Positions 1-8,114 of a stretch of 32,000 bases of DNA are shown here, in pieces (positions within the stretch are counted from its first letter, which is position 1; every line of letters begins with the position of its first letter). The translations under genes were made by a program, and so were the position numbers. The notes beneath the pieces are model-generated. The model had not been told where the DNA came from, did not search any database, and saw only the letters and a list, made by a program, of their open reading frames with translations. The DNA lies in NCBI GenBank assembly GCA_047651235.1, contig CP178758.1, positions 1,740,001-1,772,000 of the forward strand, given 5' to 3'. The stretch comes from Candidatus Electrothrix yaqonensis. GTDB lineage: Bacteria > Desulfobacterota > Desulfobulbia > Desulfobulbales > Desulfobulbaceae.

Positions 1-2847
1 ACCGGCAGTAAGAATTGGCCGACCTGCATTTTCTCGCCCGGAGAAAAACCGCTGCATAATTTAGCTTGGGCTGTTATCAGCGACAAGACTCCGGACGAAT
101 TGGAACGCGCCCGAGTTCTGCTGGAGAAGCAGGGCGGTATAGGGTTGGAGCAGTTGCTCCGCGATGAGGAGGGAAGCAGTAACCGGGTGGTGCTGGCAGT
201 TGATCAGTTTGAGGAGATCTTTACGCTTTGCACAGATAAAGGACATCGGCAGCAGTTTCTGGCCTGTCTGCTTGATGCTGTCAGGATGCCTGACAGCCGG
301 ATATGTCTGGTGCTCACCATGCGGGCGGATTTCCTGGGCCGCTGCGCTGAACAGGAATATTCCGGTCTGAGCTGCATGATCCAGGAGCATCTGGCAACCA
401 TCACGCCGATGAACGAAGAGGAACTTCGCGAGGCCATTGTCAGGCCAGCAGAATGCACCGGTCTTGGGGTGGAACCGGAATTGGTCAAGAAGCTTGTTGA
501 GGAGGTGAAGGATTTGCCCGGCAGTCTGCCTTTGGTTCAGGATATACTGACCGAGCTGTGGCATCGCAATCACGGACAGAAAACAGCCTTGACTCTGAGC
601 GGATATATTCATCTTGGCGGTATCAGTAAGTTTTTGGGCAGGAGGGCGGACAAGGTGTATGAAGCACTCAAGCCGGAAGAGCAGGTTATAGCCCGGAGGC
701 TGTTTATTGCGCTGACCCAATTAGGCGAAGGAGCAGAGGATACACGCCGTCAGGTGAGCAAGGAAAAACTGCTGAACAGGCAGGATGTACAAGAAGCAAA
801 GTCGGTTGATGAAGTTCTTGATAAAATGACCAATGCCCGGCTGATAGTCACTGATGAAGTGCGGGCCAAAGGGGAAGATGCGGGTAGGGCGGTCATTGAT
901 GTGGCGCATGAAACCTTGATCCGACACTGGAGGAAGCTGCGCACTTGGCTGGATGAAAATCGGGACAATATTCGTTTTCAACGGAGGCTGGAGACAGCAG
1001 CGACGTATTGGAAGGACAGTAACCGACCAAAAGGGCTGCTTTGGCGTTCACCTGATTTGGATCAACTCAAAAAATTTGCTGCAACTGATAGGGAAGAAAT
1101 GGATGCAGTACAGCAGGATTTTTTTGCTGCCAGCCTAAGATCACAACGTAGAGAAAAACTATTTCGTGTTGGTGCGGTGGTGTTCATGATTATGGCTCTC
1201 GCAATCGCTGTTCTCTTTTTTCAGCGAGATGCTGCCCGGCAGAGAAAATTCTTTGAGCAAGAAAAAAAATTTGCTGACGAGCAAACAATATTGATGAAGA
1301 GAGCTGAGAAAAATGAGCAGAAAGCACTTGTTAATCTGACTCGAGCATATGAGGAAAAAGCAAGAAGTTCCTTGCAGGACTCATTTAACGGTGAAAATTC
1401 ATTAGTGAATTTTCAGAAAGCTTGGTTGTATACAATAGAATCTCTAAATCAGAAAATCTCGATTGAAAAGAGTCCGTATAACTCCCTGAACCGGCTAGTT
1501 ACATACAATTTTATCCCGACCCCGAAAGATTATCTCCAAACCAACCCAAGCAGCAAGCAGCTAACCTTGGCCTCTCATCCAGATGCCAAGAATATGGGAT
1601 GGTTTGATCTGCTCAATATCTATCTGAAAGAAGGCCGTGAAAGCCAGCTGTTTAGGGAACTGTATGCGCTTTCCTGGATGGCCTTACCCTATACAAAGGA
1701 AAAAGAAGGCATTGTCCTGAAAATCGACAGAGATGACGACCCGGAATTATGGTCGGAGGGCTATCCCATGTCCGATCCTGCAGAATGGATTGAACAGAGC
1801 TTGGCCAAGGCGTACAATGAAGGCCGGATAGACTTGGAGATTCTCAGGCAAGATAACAAGATAACCGAAAGCAAGTCGGCTGAAATTAAAATCCGAAGTC
1901 TGCTTCTTAAAAGTGAAAAACAAGCCCGTCAGGGAGATTATGCTGAGGCCAGAAAGCTGTTTGAGCAGGCCTTGGCCATAGACGGAGATGGAATGCAGAA
2001 AGTTGACGTGCAAGGTCATCATGCTCGTATACTGGAGCCGTTTACCAATAAATTGGACATGACCTTTGTTTATATCCCGCCAGGAACGTTTTTGATGGGC
2101 AGTCCAGGAATAGAGCCTCACCGGAACAGAAATGAAACCAGGCACAAGGTTTCTATAACTAAAGGATTTTATATCCAAACAACAGAAGTATCTGTTGGAC
2201 AGTGGCGAGAGTTCGTCCGTGAAACCGGGTATCAGAGCCAGGCAGAAACAGAGGGTGGATGCACCTATTATGATAAGGCGTTTATAAAAGACGAGAATCG
2301 CAGCTGGAAAAAACCAAGTTATGAGCAGGATGACGATTATCCTGTCGCTTGTATTTCTTGGAATGACACTCAGAAATTTATTGAATGGCTCCGGAAAAAG
2401 GACGGAGAGAACTATCGGCTACCGAGTGAAGCTCAGTGGGAGTATGCTGCACGAGCTGGTACATTAACTCCTTTTTATTTCGGAGAATGTCAAGATTCTG
2501 ACAAAGCGAATTTTCGAGGTGATAAGATGCACGGCGATTGTCCGGAAAGTGCTTTGTATCAAAGGAATCAGGCCGTATCTGTCAATCGGCTAGGCAGAAA
2601 TGGATGGGGCCTATACCACATGCACGGCAATGTCTTCGAGTGGTGTCAGGACTGGTACAGCGAGGAATATCCTGTCGGACATATAAAAGACCCATCCGGG
2701 CCGGACAAGGGAAAACATCGAGTTTTTCGTAGTGGCAGCTGGGCGAATCCTCCGTGGTACAGTCGCTCGGCACAACGTGGCGATGCTCCTCCTGATTATA
2801 CCAATTACGTGATTGGATTCCGCCTTGTAATGCTATCTGAAAAATAA
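1..2847 (+). CDS. 5'-truncated STAND-type signalling NTPase (C-terminal part of the NTPase and helical module), followed by one TM helix, a charged coiled-coil/TPR-like spacer and a C-terminal FGE-sulfatase (SUMF1/EgtB/PvdO-like) domain
   Basis: Frame 1 is open from nt 1, with no stop before the listed Met at nt 100, so the N-terminus lies outside the window. A Walker-B-like VVLAVDQFEEIFTLC sits at nt ~187-230, typical of nSTAND/NACHT-like NTPases. A hydrophobic helix LFRVGAVVFMIMALAIAVLFF sits at nt ~1159-1221. The FGE-like domain spans nt ~2041-2835 (FVYIPPGTFLMGSP, WEYAARAG, GLYHMHGNVFEWCQDWY, RVFRSGSW, IGFRLV). Confidence 0.75.
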   Translation, partial: TGSKNWPTCIFSPGEKPLHNLAWAVISDKTPDELERARVLLEKQGGIGLEQLLRDEEGSSNRVVLAVDQFEEIFTLCTDKGHRQQFLACLLDAVRMPDSRICLVLTMRADFLGRCAEQEYSGLSCMIQEHLATITPMNEEELREAIVRPAECTGLGVEPELVKKLVEEVKDLPGSLPLVQDILTELWHRNHGQKTALTLSGYIHLGGISKFLGRRADKVYEALKPEEQVIARRLFIALTQLGEGAEDTRRQVSKEKLLNRQDVQEAKSVDEVLDKMTNARLIVTDEVRAKGEDAGRAVIDVAHETLIRHWRKLRTWLDENRDNIRFQRRLETAATYWKDSNRPKGLLWRSPDLDQLKKFAATDREEMDAVQQDFFAASLRSQRREKLFRVGAVVFMIMALAIAVLFFQRDAARQRKFFEQEKKFADEQTILMKRAEKNEQKALVNLTRAYEEKARSSLQDSFNGENSLVNFQKAWLYTIESLNQKISIEKSPYNSLNRLVTYNFIPTPKDYLQTNPSSKQLTLASHPDAKNMGWFDLLNIYLKEGRESQLFRELYALSWMALPYTKEKEGIVLKIDRDDDPELWSEGYPMSDPAEWIEQSLAKAYNEGRIDLEILRQDNKITESKSAEIKIRSLLLKSEKQARQGDYAEARKLFEQALAIDGDGMQKVDVQGHHARILEPFTNKLDMTFVYIPPGTFLMGSPGIEPHRNRNETRHKVSITKGFYIQTTEVSVGQWREFVRETGYQSQAETEGGCTYYDKAFIKDENRSWKKPSYEQDDDYPVACISWNDTQKFIEWLRKKDGENYRLPSEAQWEYAARAGTLTPFYFGECQDSDKANFRGDKMHGDCPESALYQRNQAVSVNRLGRNGWGLYHMHGNVFEWCQDWYSEEYPVGHIKDPSGPDKGKHRVFRSGSWANPPWYSRSAQRGDAPPDYTNYVIGFRLVMLSEK

Positions 2848-3025
2848 CGAATTGTTTTCTTGAGGAATCTGTAACTGGAACAAGCTTTCTTCCGAACATC
2901 TGCCTCTGTTGGTGGAAGTAGCCACCGGAGCCATGATCACCGTGATGAACGACTTCGGCAATGTCAACGTCTTAACAGCGGAAGAACGGAAAACTAAATA
3001 CATCCGCATCAATGAGGGTTAGTTT

Positions 3026-5713
3026 TTATTGGTCTTTCATCACCTCCATCAGCTCATACAGCACCTCCTGCGCCTGCCTCGGGGTCAGTTCATCCGGATT
3101 AATCTCTTTTAACCTGTTACGCACCGGATCTTCCTTGGGTGGGAAAAGAGTCATCTGGCAGGGATGCTGCGGCGGCCGTTTCTTCGGGGATACCGCAATA
3201 GTCGGTTCTCCGGTGGCCGTGAACTCGCCCTGTTCAATATTGGTGAGGATCTCCTGGGCCCGCTGTACGACCTGATCGGGAACGCCAGCCAAGGCCGCGA
3301 CCTGAATTCCGTAGCTGCGGCTAGCTGCGCCCTTGACCAGCTTGTGCAGGAAGAGCACCCGGTTGTCGCGCTCCCGCACGGCAATGGAGTAATTCTGAAT
3401 CCGCTCGTGAGTGGTGGCGAGGTCGGTCAGCTCATGGTAATGGGTGGCGAACATGGTCTTGACTCCGCGACCGTTCTTATCGGCCAGCTCCTCAGCAACG
3501 GCCCAGGCAATGGCCAGGCCGTCATAAGTGGAGGTGCCGCGCCCGATTTCATCCAGAATCACCAAACTATGCTCAGTGGCATTATTGAGAATATTGGCGG
3601 TCTCGTTCATCTCCACCATAAAGGTGGACTGCCCCCGCCGCAGGTCGTCCATGGCCCCGACCCGGGTGAAGATGCGGTCCACAATGCCAATTTCTGCCTT
3701 ATCTGCTGGCACAAAGCTGCCGATATGGGCCATAAGGGTAATCAGGGCGGTCTGGCGGAGCACCGTGGACTTGCCTGCCATGTTCGGGCCGGTGATGATG
3801 AGCAGTTCGTTTTCCTCCTGATCCAGCGAAACATCGTTGGGCACAAAACTGCCCGGATCAAGCGAGCGTTCGATCACCGGGTGACGACCCTCAACAATGC
3901 TGATGGTGCGCTTGTCCGTGATGACCGGTCGGGTATACTGATAGCGGTCCGCTGCTCTGGCCTGACTGACCAGAAAGTCGGTGCGGGCGATGCTGTGCGC
4001 CGCTGCTAGCAGGCGGTCACTTTGGGAGGCGATCTTTTCCCGAATTTCAAGAAAGAGGCTGTATTCCAGGGTCAGCCGCTTTTCCTGGGCCGTGCTGATC
4101 TTATTTTCCAGCTCCTTGAGTTCCGGGCTGATAAAGCGCTCCGCATTGACTAGGGTCTGCTTGCGGATAAAATCCTCAGGCAGCTCGGCCTTCTGGGCCC
4201 GGCTGACCTCAAAATAATAACCGAACACCTTGTTGAAGCCCACCTTGAGCTTGGCAATGCCGGTGCGTTCCCGCTCCTTGGCCTCAAGGTTGAGGATCAG
4301 CTGTTTGCCGTCCCGGAGCAGGTGAATCAGCTCGTCCAGCTCCTCATGAAAGCCCTCCCGGATCAGGCGGCCCTCACGCAGGGTCACCGGCGCATCATCA
4401 CGAATGGCCTTGTAGATCAGCTCGTGAAGGTCGAACAGCGGATCAAGCTCCATGCCGATTTCCTGCAGCAGGCCGCCGGGCGTGTTCATGAGCAGCTTTT
4501 TCAGCTCCGGCAACTGCCCCAGAGAGACCTTCAGGGCGGCCATGTCCCGGGCATTGCCGTGGCCCAGCACCAGCCGACTGCACAGGCGTTCCATATCATA
4601 GATACCGGCAAGCAGATCCTGCACCTCCCGGCGCAGCAGGGCATCATTGAGCAGGATCTCCACTGCACTGAGCCGCTGTTCTATTTTTTCTGCATCCTGC
4701 AGGGGAAAGAGGAGCCGTTGCCGCAGGAGCCTCGCCCCCATAGGCGTAGAAGTCAGGTCAAGGACCGAGAGCAGTGAGCCTTTGCGCTTGCCGCCGATAA
4801 TGGTCTCGGTGAGTTCCAGGTTGCGGCGCGAGGATTCATCGATGATCAAGAAACCTGAGCGGGTGAGCAGGCGCAGCTGCCGGATAAAGGAAAGCTCGGT
4901 CTTCTGGGTCTCCTGGATATAGGTCAGCAGGGCACCGGCCGCGCAGATGCCGGTTTCCATATCCTGACAGCCGAAGCCTGCCAGACTGCCGGTGTTGAAG
5001 TGCTCGTTCAGGGTGGTCAGGGCGATGTTGTATACAAAACCGAAACCCTGCCGTTCTGTGCAGCAGAGACCGGGCAGCAGGGTACTCAGGAGGTCGGTGA
5101 GCGGGGCCAGCGCTTCCAGTTCCTCCTCGTTCAACAGCAACTCGGCCGGCTGCATCCGGGTGATTTCGTCGATCACCGGATCAAGGTTGCTGTCCTGGAG
5201 CGGGATTTCGCTGATCAGAAAGTTACCGGTGGAGACATCAAGAAAACTCAGGCCCACGCTAAGCAGTTTCTGCCCTTTGCGGGCCGCAGTCAGGGCGCAG
5301 ACGAATGTGTTGCTCTTCTCATCCAGCAGCTGTTCGTCCGTAGTTACTCCCGGACTGACCACCCGCACCACCTCCCGCTTCACAATCCCCTTGGCTTCTT
5401 TCGGATCTTCAGCCTGCTCGCAGATAGCCACCCGGTAACCGGCCCTGACCATCTTGCTCAGATAGCCGGAAACCGCATGATAGGGCACCCCGCACATGGG
5501 CACCTGATTTTCATCGCCCTTGTTGCGGGAGGTCAGGGTGATACCCAGCACCCGCGAGGCGGTCTCGGCATCCTCAAAGAACATCTCGTAAAAGTCGCCC
5601 ATCCGGTAAAACAGGATGGTGCCGGGATGCTGCTCCTTGATCTCCAGGTACTGGCGGAGCATAGGGGTCATCTTGGGGGTGCCGGATGCGGCTGTGTTGA
5701 TCTTGGCGGACAC
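3026..5713 (-). CDS. mutS: DNA mismatch repair protein MutS
   Basis: The 895-aa ORF starts with a GTG. N-terminal TPMLRQYLEIKEQHPGTILFYRMGDFYEMFFEDA matches the mismatch-binding domain. Walker A is ITGPNMAGKST, followed by LVILDEIGRGTSTYDG and FATHYHEL. Confidence 0.97.
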   Translation of the reverse strand: MSAKINTAASGTPKMTPMLRQYLEIKEQHPGTILFYRMGDFYEMFFEDAETASRVLGITLTSRNKGDENQVPMCGVPYHAVSGYLSKMVRAGYRVAICEQAEDPKEAKGIVKREVVRVVSPGVTTDEQLLDEKSNTFVCALTAARKGQKLLSVGLSFLDVSTGNFLISEIPLQDSNLDPVIDEITRMQPAELLLNEEELEALAPLTDLLSTLLPGLCCTERQGFGFVYNIALTTLNEHFNTGSLAGFGCQDMETGICAAGALLTYIQETQKTELSFIRQLRLLTRSGFLIIDESSRRNLELTETIIGGKRKGSLLSVLDLTSTPMGARLLRQRLLFPLQDAEKIEQRLSAVEILLNDALLRREVQDLLAGIYDMERLCSRLVLGHGNARDMAALKVSLGQLPELKKLLMNTPGGLLQEIGMELDPLFDLHELIYKAIRDDAPVTLREGRLIREGFHEELDELIHLLRDGKQLILNLEAKERERTGIAKLKVGFNKVFGYYFEVSRAQKAELPEDFIRKQTLVNAERFISPELKELENKISTAQEKRLTLEYSLFLEIREKIASQSDRLLAAAHSIARTDFLVSQARAADRYQYTRPVITDKRTISIVEGRHPVIERSLDPGSFVPNDVSLDQEENELLIITGPNMAGKSTVLRQTALITLMAHIGSFVPADKAEIGIVDRIFTRVGAMDDLRRGQSTFMVEMNETANILNNATEHSLVILDEIGRGTSTYDGLAIAWAVAEELADKNGRGVKTMFATHYHELTDLATTHERIQNYSIAVRERDNRVLFLHKLVKGAASRSYGIQVAALAGVPDQVVQRAQEILTNIEQGEFTATGEPTIAVSPKKRPPQHPCQMTLFPPKEDPVRNRLKEINPDELTPRQAQEVLYELMEVMKDQ

Positions 5714-5775
5714 GATACTGGGACTCTTCGGTTGTAATTAACTGGGTGAAACAGGACTAAACGATTTGATCCGAA

Positions 5776-5804
5776 AGAGTAGAGGGCGGATTTGCTTTTG
5801 TCAA
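5776..5804 (-). promoter_or_regulatory. Candidate sigma70-type promoter for mutS
   Basis: On the minus strand, TTGACA (5804-5799) is followed by a 17-nt spacer and TACTCT (5781-5776), about 60 nt upstream of the mutS GTG. This rests on a motif match only. Confidence 0.3.
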
Positions 5805-5843
5805 GAAGATGAAGCTCACCGGTGCGTTTCATCTTTTCTGCCT

Positions 5844-8111
5844 TCACTTCTGCTTCTGCCGAGCCAGCAGTTCCTTGAAGAAACCGTGCAGATTGAAGGT
5901 GATGCCGAGGAGGCTGGGTTTCAGTTCAACAAGATCATTAAGCATCTCCAGCCAGGATGCCTGATCGGCAGGCTTCGGGGCGGTCTTGTCCTTAAGTCGG
6001 ACCAGCTCGTTTTTATCCTTGGGCTGCACCAGGCCGAGCAGCTCATGCACGCTGTATTTCTTGCTGGTTCCCTCTGGTATATAATAGGGGATGTCTTCCT
6101 TGGCATAGTTCAGCAGGGTCTCGTAGTCGGCAGTACGCTGCGGGTCATCCGGCATGGGCACCCGCTCGCTGACCGTGAGCTTCTCAAAGCTGGAGTTGAT
6201 GTCGGTGAGCAGGTAGCGGAGATAATGCAGATACTCCCTTGGGGTATCGCCCTGGACCCAGATATTGATCCGCCGGGCCTCTGTATCCACCTTGACCACG
6301 GCCTGTGCCCCGCTCCGCTTGTCCGCCAGCAGCACCCCGGTACGCCAGCAGGTGCTTTCATGGATATCCTTATGCACCTTGACCATGAAGCGGGGAAAGA
6401 CCGAGGGCGGCAGGAAGTCGGGATAATGGAGGGCGAAGCGCAGTGAACCGTCCTTGTTGAAGGCAAGCTCCGGCTCCGGTACGGGCAGGAGCTGGGGGAT
6501 GAGCACGGCATCCCTGCCAAGGTCATAGCACAGCTCGAAATTCTGCATCAGGCGCATAATATAAGCGTGCGTCTCCTGCGGGCAGCAGAGTTTGTCCCCG
6601 CAACCCTGCGGCAGGAGTTTGCCTACGTCCTTCAGGGCCAGGAAGCCCTTGCTGTCCGCCATCTGCTCGGAAGTGATGATCGTATAGACCGCATTGGTGA
6701 CCCAGACCGGGTTGAGCACGCTCATGGCATCAAGAATGAAGTCCCGGAAATGCACGGCCACGCCCAGATCATGGAGGAAGTCGGCCAGTATCTCCCGGCT
6801 CTCCTCGCCAGTGATGCCTGCCTCGGCACAATAGCCCGTGTATTCCTCCTGGCTGATGTAGGGCTTGTCCATCTCCTCCAGCTTGCCCTTGACCGTAAAC
6901 CAGCTTGTTGGCCAGATGATACTGAGCATGTTCATCCTGGCCAGCTCGGTCAGCAGGGCCTCTTTGAACTCCGGCATCCCCTTGCCGCTCTTGCAGGAGA
7001 GAGGAAAGAACCCGCAGATGCCGGGATACTTTTCCCGCAGGAACGGTCGGTTGACATCAAAGGAGGGGTTGCTGTCTATCTTGTTGAGCACAATCAGCAC
7101 CGGCGAGTCCCCGCCAAAGGTCTCCACATGCCGCAGCCAGTATTCCGTGCTGTCGTCCTTGCGGCTGTCGAGCACCAGGACATGTCGCAGCAGGTTATAA
7201 AATATTTTTCTGAGATGTGTGCTGTCGTCCTTGCGGCTGTCGAGCACCAAGACATAGAGGCTCCGCTTGGAGAGGAAGAACTGATGAGTGGCGTGCTGTA
7301 TCTCCTGGCCGCCGAAGTCCCAGGCATTGACCCTGATCTGCTTGCCCGCGCATTCCGGCTCCCAGCCCTGGATGCTGATGCCGTGGGTGGTGTCCTCGTG
7401 CTCGTCAAAAGGCTGGCCGAGCAGCTGCTTGACCAGGGAGGTCTTGCCTGCGGCCCCGTCACCGATGAGGAGCACCTTGACCTCGTTCAGTGCCTGCTGT
7501 CCTTTCTCCAGTTCAGCGAAATACTCCTGCATCACCTTTCTTCCCTTGACGGCAATCTCAAGCGGCGGGCAGAGGAGAGGGTTGCCGTCGAGCCAAAGCG
7601 CAGTCAGGTTGGTGAGCTGGCAGATCTCCGGTGGCAGGGTGGTGAGTTGGTTGTCGCTGAGGCCAAGCGCAGTTAGGTTGGTGAGCTGGCAGATCTCCGG
7701 CGGCAGGCTGGTGAGTTGGTTGTCGCTAAGGTCAAGCACCGTTAGATTCGTGAGCTGGCTGATTTCCAGCGGCAGGTTGGTGAGCTGGTTATTGCCGAGG
7801 CCAAGCACCGTCAGCTTGGTGAGCTGTCCGATTTCCTGCGGCAGGCCGGTGAGCTGGTTGCCGTCAAGGTAAAGTTTTGTCAGGTTGGTGAGCTGGCCGA
7901 TCTCCGGCGGCAGGCTGGTGAGTTGGTTGTAGTCGAGGTCAAGCCTCGTCAGATTCATGAGCTGGCAGATTTCCGGCGGCAGACTAGTGAGCTGGTTCAT
8001 GCTGAGTTCAAGCTCAGTTGTCCCACTTGGCTTTGCCTCCTCTATCTCCTGCAACACTTCTTCATTCATCATCGCCTGCCCTCCTGTGGTGTTGGTTAAG
8101 TTATCCGGCAT
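5844..8111 (-). CDS. ROCO-family protein: LRR (7 repeats), Roc (Ras-of-complex GTPase) and COR domains
   Basis: Seven 23-aa LRRs follow the pattern NQLTSLPPEIxQLTNLTxLxLxx. The G1 P-loop is LLIGDGAAGKTSL, G3 is WDFGGQE and G4 is LNKID, followed by a ~350-aa COR-like C-terminus. A good SD (AGGAGGG, 6 nt spacer) precedes Met14, so the true start is probably 8072 rather than 8111. Confidence 0.85.
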   Translation of the reverse strand: MPDNLTNTTGGQAMMNEEVLQEIEEAKPSGTTELELSMNQLTSLPPEICQLMNLTRLDLDYNQLTSLPPEIGQLTNLTKLYLDGNQLTGLPQEIGQLTKLTVLGLGNNQLTNLPLEISQLTNLTVLDLSDNQLTSLPPEICQLTNLTALGLSDNQLTTLPPEICQLTNLTALWLDGNPLLCPPLEIAVKGRKVMQEYFAELEKGQQALNEVKVLLIGDGAAGKTSLVKQLLGQPFDEHEDTTHGISIQGWEPECAGKQIRVNAWDFGGQEIQHATHQFFLSKRSLYVLVLDSRKDDSTHLRKIFYNLLRHVLVLDSRKDDSTEYWLRHVETFGGDSPVLIVLNKIDSNPSFDVNRPFLREKYPGICGFFPLSCKSGKGMPEFKEALLTELARMNMLSIIWPTSWFTVKGKLEEMDKPYISQEEYTGYCAEAGITGEESREILADFLHDLGVAVHFRDFILDAMSVLNPVWVTNAVYTIITSEQMADSKGFLALKDVGKLLPQGCGDKLCCPQETHAYIMRLMQNFELCYDLGRDAVLIPQLLPVPEPELAFNKDGSLRFALHYPDFLPPSVFPRFMVKVHKDIHESTCWRTGVLLADKRSGAQAVVKVDTEARRINIWVQGDTPREYLHYLRYLLTDINSSFEKLTVSERVPMPDDPQRTADYETLLNYAKEDIPYYIPEGTSKKYSVHELLGLVQPKDKNELVRLKDKTAPKPADQASWLEMLNDLVELKPSLLGITFNLHGFFKELLARQKQK
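7147..7255 (-). repeat. In-frame 72-bp partial tandem duplication inside the Roc G-domain coding sequence
   Basis: gtgctgtcgtccttgcggctgtcgagcaccaRgacat occurs at 7147-7183 and again at 7219-7255, with one mismatch and a 72-nt offset. In the protein, VLVLDSRKDDST appears twice, separated by HLRKIFYNLLRH. Confidence 0.9.
7530..8015 (-). repeat. 69-bp tandem coding repeats (LRR units) with high DNA identity
   Basis: For example, 7611-7679 and 7680-7748 differ at about 7 of 69 positions by my hand alignment. The ggtgagctgg...cagatctccggcggcagg motif recurs every 69 nt. Confidence 0.85.
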
Positions 8112-8114
8112 TCG

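Noticed and set aside
1080-1700. A marked AT-rich stretch lies inside the STAND-FGE ORF. My hand counts gave 35-40% GC at 1261 and 1441 against 57% at 301, which could hint at a mosaic or fusion junction.
   Set aside because: The encoded Lys/Glu/Asn/Ile-rich TM-proximal coiled-coil segment adequately explains the composition. Later parts of the same ORF return to ~57% GC.
2861-3022. An open frame between the convergent STAND and mutS genes encodes ...NWNKLSSEHLPLLVEVATGAMITVMNDFGNVNVLTAEERKTKYIRINEG*.
   Set aside because: It has no convincing start codon or SD, and I could not recognise a family. It could be a gene remnant or a chance ORF, and there is not enough support to annotate it.
2600-3025. 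I considered a diversity-generating retroelement targeting the C-terminal FGE-like domain.
   Set aside because: No template-repeat copy of nt ~2650-2840 and no reverse transcriptase is visible anywhere in the window, and mutS follows 178 nt after the stop. A DGR located upstream of the window cannot be excluded.
3164-4009. Long ORFs run antisense to or overlap confident genes. Examples are 3164-4009, 5000-5737, 5766-6446, 6567-7676, 9491-10309, 10768-11343, 13716-15047, 15343-15837, 17377-17919, 21321-21869, 22479-23183 and 24218-24856.
   Set aside because: They lie opposite strongly supported genes (mutS, ROCO, bioF, ispB-like, gmhA/adk, hom, FG-GAP, kinase, amylosucrase, secB). Their composition is Arg/Gly/Pro/Leu-rich and low in complexity, with no recognisable motifs, which is typical of shadow ORFs in GC-rich coding DNA.
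5806-5835. A hairpin aagatgaa...ttcatctt lies just after the ROCO stop.
   Set aside because: On the relevant minus strand it is not followed by a U-tract. The T-run is on the plus strand, where no gene ends. It also abuts the putative mutS -35 element, so its role is ambiguous.
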